Shown here piece by piece: positions 59,983-62,667 of a stretch of DNA of 62,667 bases. Both the position numbers and the translations under genes were made by a program. Origin of the DNA: a virus (lineage: Duplodnaviria > Caudoviricetes); the IMG/VR virus record IMGVR_UViG_3300048026_000549, positions 1 through 62,667 of that record; one strand, written 5' to 3'. Under the pieces are notes generated by a model. The model searched no databases and was not told the origin of the DNA. It saw only the letters and a list, made by a program, of their open reading frames with translations. How positions within the stretch are numbered: the first letter of the stretch is position 1; every line of letters begins with the position of its first letter.

Positions 59983-61293
59983 TCAATCTTGCTCCCACCC
60001 TTCGCCCCAATCGGGCTTCGTGTCAATCTTGCCTCGTGTCACGGTCGTTTGCTTCGTGTCCTTGTACGAGTCATGCTTCTTGACGGTTGCTGTGAGGCCA
60101 ATGATTTGGCCTTTGGTAAGGTCGTTCTTGTCCCCACTACGGAACCACACCAGTTGGTTGCCCTTGAGGTCAACGAACTTGGTCAGTGTGCTGATGCCGT
60201 ACATGGTTTCGATACGGCGCACGAATGTGACCTTGCACGGGAGCACGGTCATACGCTCACCCACCTTGCCTACCCACTGGCTCGTGACCGTAGGCATAGG
60301 CTTGGGGGCAGGTTCGGGCTTGCGCTTGAGCCAGCCAGCGAGTGCACCACCAGCGTAGCCAGCGGTTTTGTTAGTCACCACATGGGCCTTAGCGATACCA
60401 CGCAGGTTGTGCTCGAAGTTGTTGAGCCCCGGCAGGTCAGTCATGTACTTGATGATGTCCTGTGCGGTGTTCCACACCGCCTCACTCACTTGAGGTAGTT
60501 CGTCGGGCCGACCGAAGAAAGTACCCTCCCCCAAGATACCGTGTATCTTCTCGAGAACAACCAACTTCTTGCTTTCTGGGTGCCAATACCCCACTTCGCC
60601 CCATCCGTTTTCTGTGGGTACTGCGTGTGCCCACGAGTTGAATATCCACCGACCAATGTTGCTTCGGTACCTGCCATGTGTGTTCGCATACAGGGCGAGG
60701 GCTACGGCCATGTTCGTGAGGCTCATGTTTGGGTGCTGACGCTTGTTGCGCTCACCGGTGTGTGTGGCCCAGTCGATGCGGCTGTTGCCCTTCAACTTGA
60801 GCCAAGATTCGGCCATCTCGGGTGTGATGCCTGTGTACTCGAGTAGGCATGCTGTCCCCACTTGCTTGACTGCGGAGCCATCCGTGACTGTGTACACGGT
60901 CTGCCGTCCACGCTTACCACTTGTGCAGTGGTCGCAGTGGTCGGTGAACTTGTGCGGGGGCGTGAGTGTGTCCTCGATGGTCGGGTTGGGGCTGAAAATC
61001 ACGGGCTGTCCGTGCGCTGGTTGGTTGATGTCCACCGGCTGAATTTTGGCCTGTACGGTCCATGCGTTCTCGAACTCTTCGCAAATGACCGCAAGCAGGG
61101 CCTGTTGCACATAGTACACACGCCCTCGAGAGTTCTTGAACTGGGTCAACACTGGGTCGTGAATGTGCCAAGAGAATATCTTGCCACGCATGCTAAACGC
61201 TCGAGCAAGACGCTTGAGTGTACGCTCAACTGATGCGAGGTTCACGGTGTCAATGGTCACTTTGTGCTCAATCAATACGGGTGTCGAACTCAT
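59983..61293 (-). CDS. Zn-binding + C-terminal OB-fold-like protein
   Basis: CDHC..KQVGTACL; WVGKVGER..KFVD..GNQLVW..ATVKKH. Confidence 0.7.
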   Translation of the reverse strand: MSSTPVLIEHKVTIDTVNLASVERTLKRLARAFSMRGKIFSWHIHDPVLTQFKNSRGRVYYVQQALLAVICEEFENAWTVQAKIQPVDINQPAHGQPVIFSPNPTIEDTLTPPHKFTDHCDHCTSGKRGRQTVYTVTDGSAVKQVGTACLLEYTGITPEMAESWLKLKGNSRIDWATHTGERNKRQHPNMSLTNMAVALALYANTHGRYRSNIGRWIFNSWAHAVPTENGWGEVGYWHPESKKLVVLEKIHGILGEGTFFGRPDELPQVSEAVWNTAQDIIKYMTDLPGLNNFEHNLRGIAKAHVVTNKTAGYAGGALAGWLKRKPEPAPKPMPTVTSQWVGKVGERMTVLPCKVTFVRRIETMYGISTLTKFVDLKGNQLVWFRSGDKNDLTKGQIIGLTATVKKHDSYKDTKQTTVTRGKIDTKPDWGEGWEQD

Positions 61294-62092
61294 TCTTCCA
61301 CCTCCCGCTGTGCGAGCCAGTCGCTAAGACCGACTTCGTAGGCTATCGGGTCAAATACCTTGAGCAAATCAGAGGCATGTGCAGAAGTTCCACAGAACTC
61401 AACGATGGGGTTGCACTGGTCAATCATCTCGTCGTATGCGTCGTAGATGTGTTGTGGGTACTCGCTCATTCGCCCACCTCGCTCAAGACCCATTCGAGGG
61501 CCTCAATGAAGCCATCCATCCAGCACATCTTCTCACCTGTGGTGGTGTGTGCCTTGCCGGTCGGGTAATCTTCGATGAGCATGTGTGAAATCTCATCAAA
61601 TTTTTCGTGTATCATCGTTCTCATTGCTTGCATGTTCATTTTCGTATCTCCTTGTTTCGGTTTGTTTGCCGTTGATTCCCTATGGGTGGCATCCCCCATA
61701 TATACTGTTCGGTCTCTATCGGCGGTGAATGCGTTGCTCATGCGCCCACCTCCGGTACCTGTGTGAGCAGTGCGCCGGTCATGGCGATGCTGTGAGCGAG
61801 GTCGGGCTGTCCAAGTTCGCTCAGTCTGTCTGCGATGTCGTGCAATCGGGCGTGACGGCAACTCGGACAGATGCCGCACTTCGGTGTTTTCCAAGTTCGG
61901 TTGCTTCCGTAGCATGTGACTCTCATGCGACCACCTCGATTTTGGAGAGGTCCAATCGAACACGAACTCGCACTCGCTCGGATATGCGCATGTGGGCGTA
62001 GATGCACACGGGGTCATAGGTGAACTCGCTTGGGCGGTCAAAGATGAACGCCGGGGTACACCGGAACTGCTCGTATGTAGGCATGTGTGGGC

Positions 62093-62290
62093 TCATTCCG
62101 TCCCCTCCAAAATGTCTCTCACGGCACAGGCTATCTCGGAAAGAAAGTGGGCCATACAGAAACCCTCGTCGTTCATCTCTTCGGGTGTAGGGCGTGAGGC
62201 CAAGACGCTCAAGGCCCGCTTAATTGCCAACTCGCTCGGTGTCAAGGGTTTGAACCCCGTCGCTGGGTTGATGTCTGTTTGTTGTTGCAT
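62093..62290 (-). CDS. First early gene, starting inside the terminal repeat
   Basis: ATG 23 nt after TTGATATA (62314-62321). Confidence 0.6.
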   Translation of the reverse strand: MQQQTDINPATGFKPLTPSELAIKRALSVLASRPTPEEMNDEGFCMAHFLSEIACAVRDILEGTE

Positions 62291-62667
62291 CGAGTTGAAT
62301 TACAGGTCGCCGCTATATCAAGATGGCGTTCGTCATTTTGTATTTAACATAGTTAGCCCCGAATATCGGCGTGAGGCCGACACAAGCGACCGGAATCCGA
62401 ACCTCTCATGTGCGTGTACATGAGGCAGGGGCGGGCGAGTGCGTGTACGCAGGTGCGTTTAAGAAGGTTTCGTGGGCGGGAGTGCACCTCATGTGCGGGG
62501 AAGTGCGCTGGAACCTACCCACATGCTCACAAATCGCCGTATTTTTACGCAATCCGTTGGAATTATGCCGAAAAGCGGGGCACTTTGCCATATATAGCAT
62601 GAAATCTGCCTTCACTTTGGACTTTTCCGGGTGAAAGTGGCTCTCTCCCTATGTGCATAGGCATACA
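62278..62667 (+). repeat. Terminal direct repeat, right copy
   Basis: Matches 1-390. Contains the TTGATATA box and start codon of ORF 62093-62290. Confidence 0.95.

Noticed and set aside
1-62667. Integrase, DGR/retron reverse transcriptase, inteins, tail sheath
   Set aside because: No matching motifs recognised; PolB, TerL and MCM lengths leave no room for inteins; tube plus TMP without a sheath indicates a non-contractile tail.

Overview
This looks like a complete ~62 kb linear genome of a tailed dsDNA virus of archaea. It is siphovirus-like and has a 390-bp near-perfect terminal direct repeat. The host is inferred to be archaeal from an archaeal-type replisome, TATA boxes 21-24 nt before leaderless ATGs and GGTGA ribosome-binding sites. 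A marine Poseidoniales 'magrovirus'-like virus is the best guess, but this is unverified. Layout: (i) 0.8-9.2 kb accessory region with a membrane-anchored amidoligase/class-II glutamine amidotransferase fusion, preceded by a ~920-nt segment with no credible ORF that looks like a large structured ncRNA, then four small genes each behind a repeated ~190-bp regulatory cassette; (ii) 9.3-37 kb + strand morphogenesis module (phosphoesterase, TerL, portal, protease/scaffold polyprotein, MCP, collagen fibre, tail tube, frameshifted tail chaperone, tape measure, 2245-aa tail-tip protein); (iii) 37-53 kb - strand replication module (ERCC4 nuclease, PriS-PriL primase, Cas4-like nuclease, PolB, PCNA-like clamp, P-loop ATPase, RPA-like SSB, RFC, GGCT, MCM-like helicase) ending in an inverted-repeat/AT-rich origin candidate; (iv) 53-62 kb small - strand early genes. 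All product calls come from motif recognition by eye; no database searches were run.
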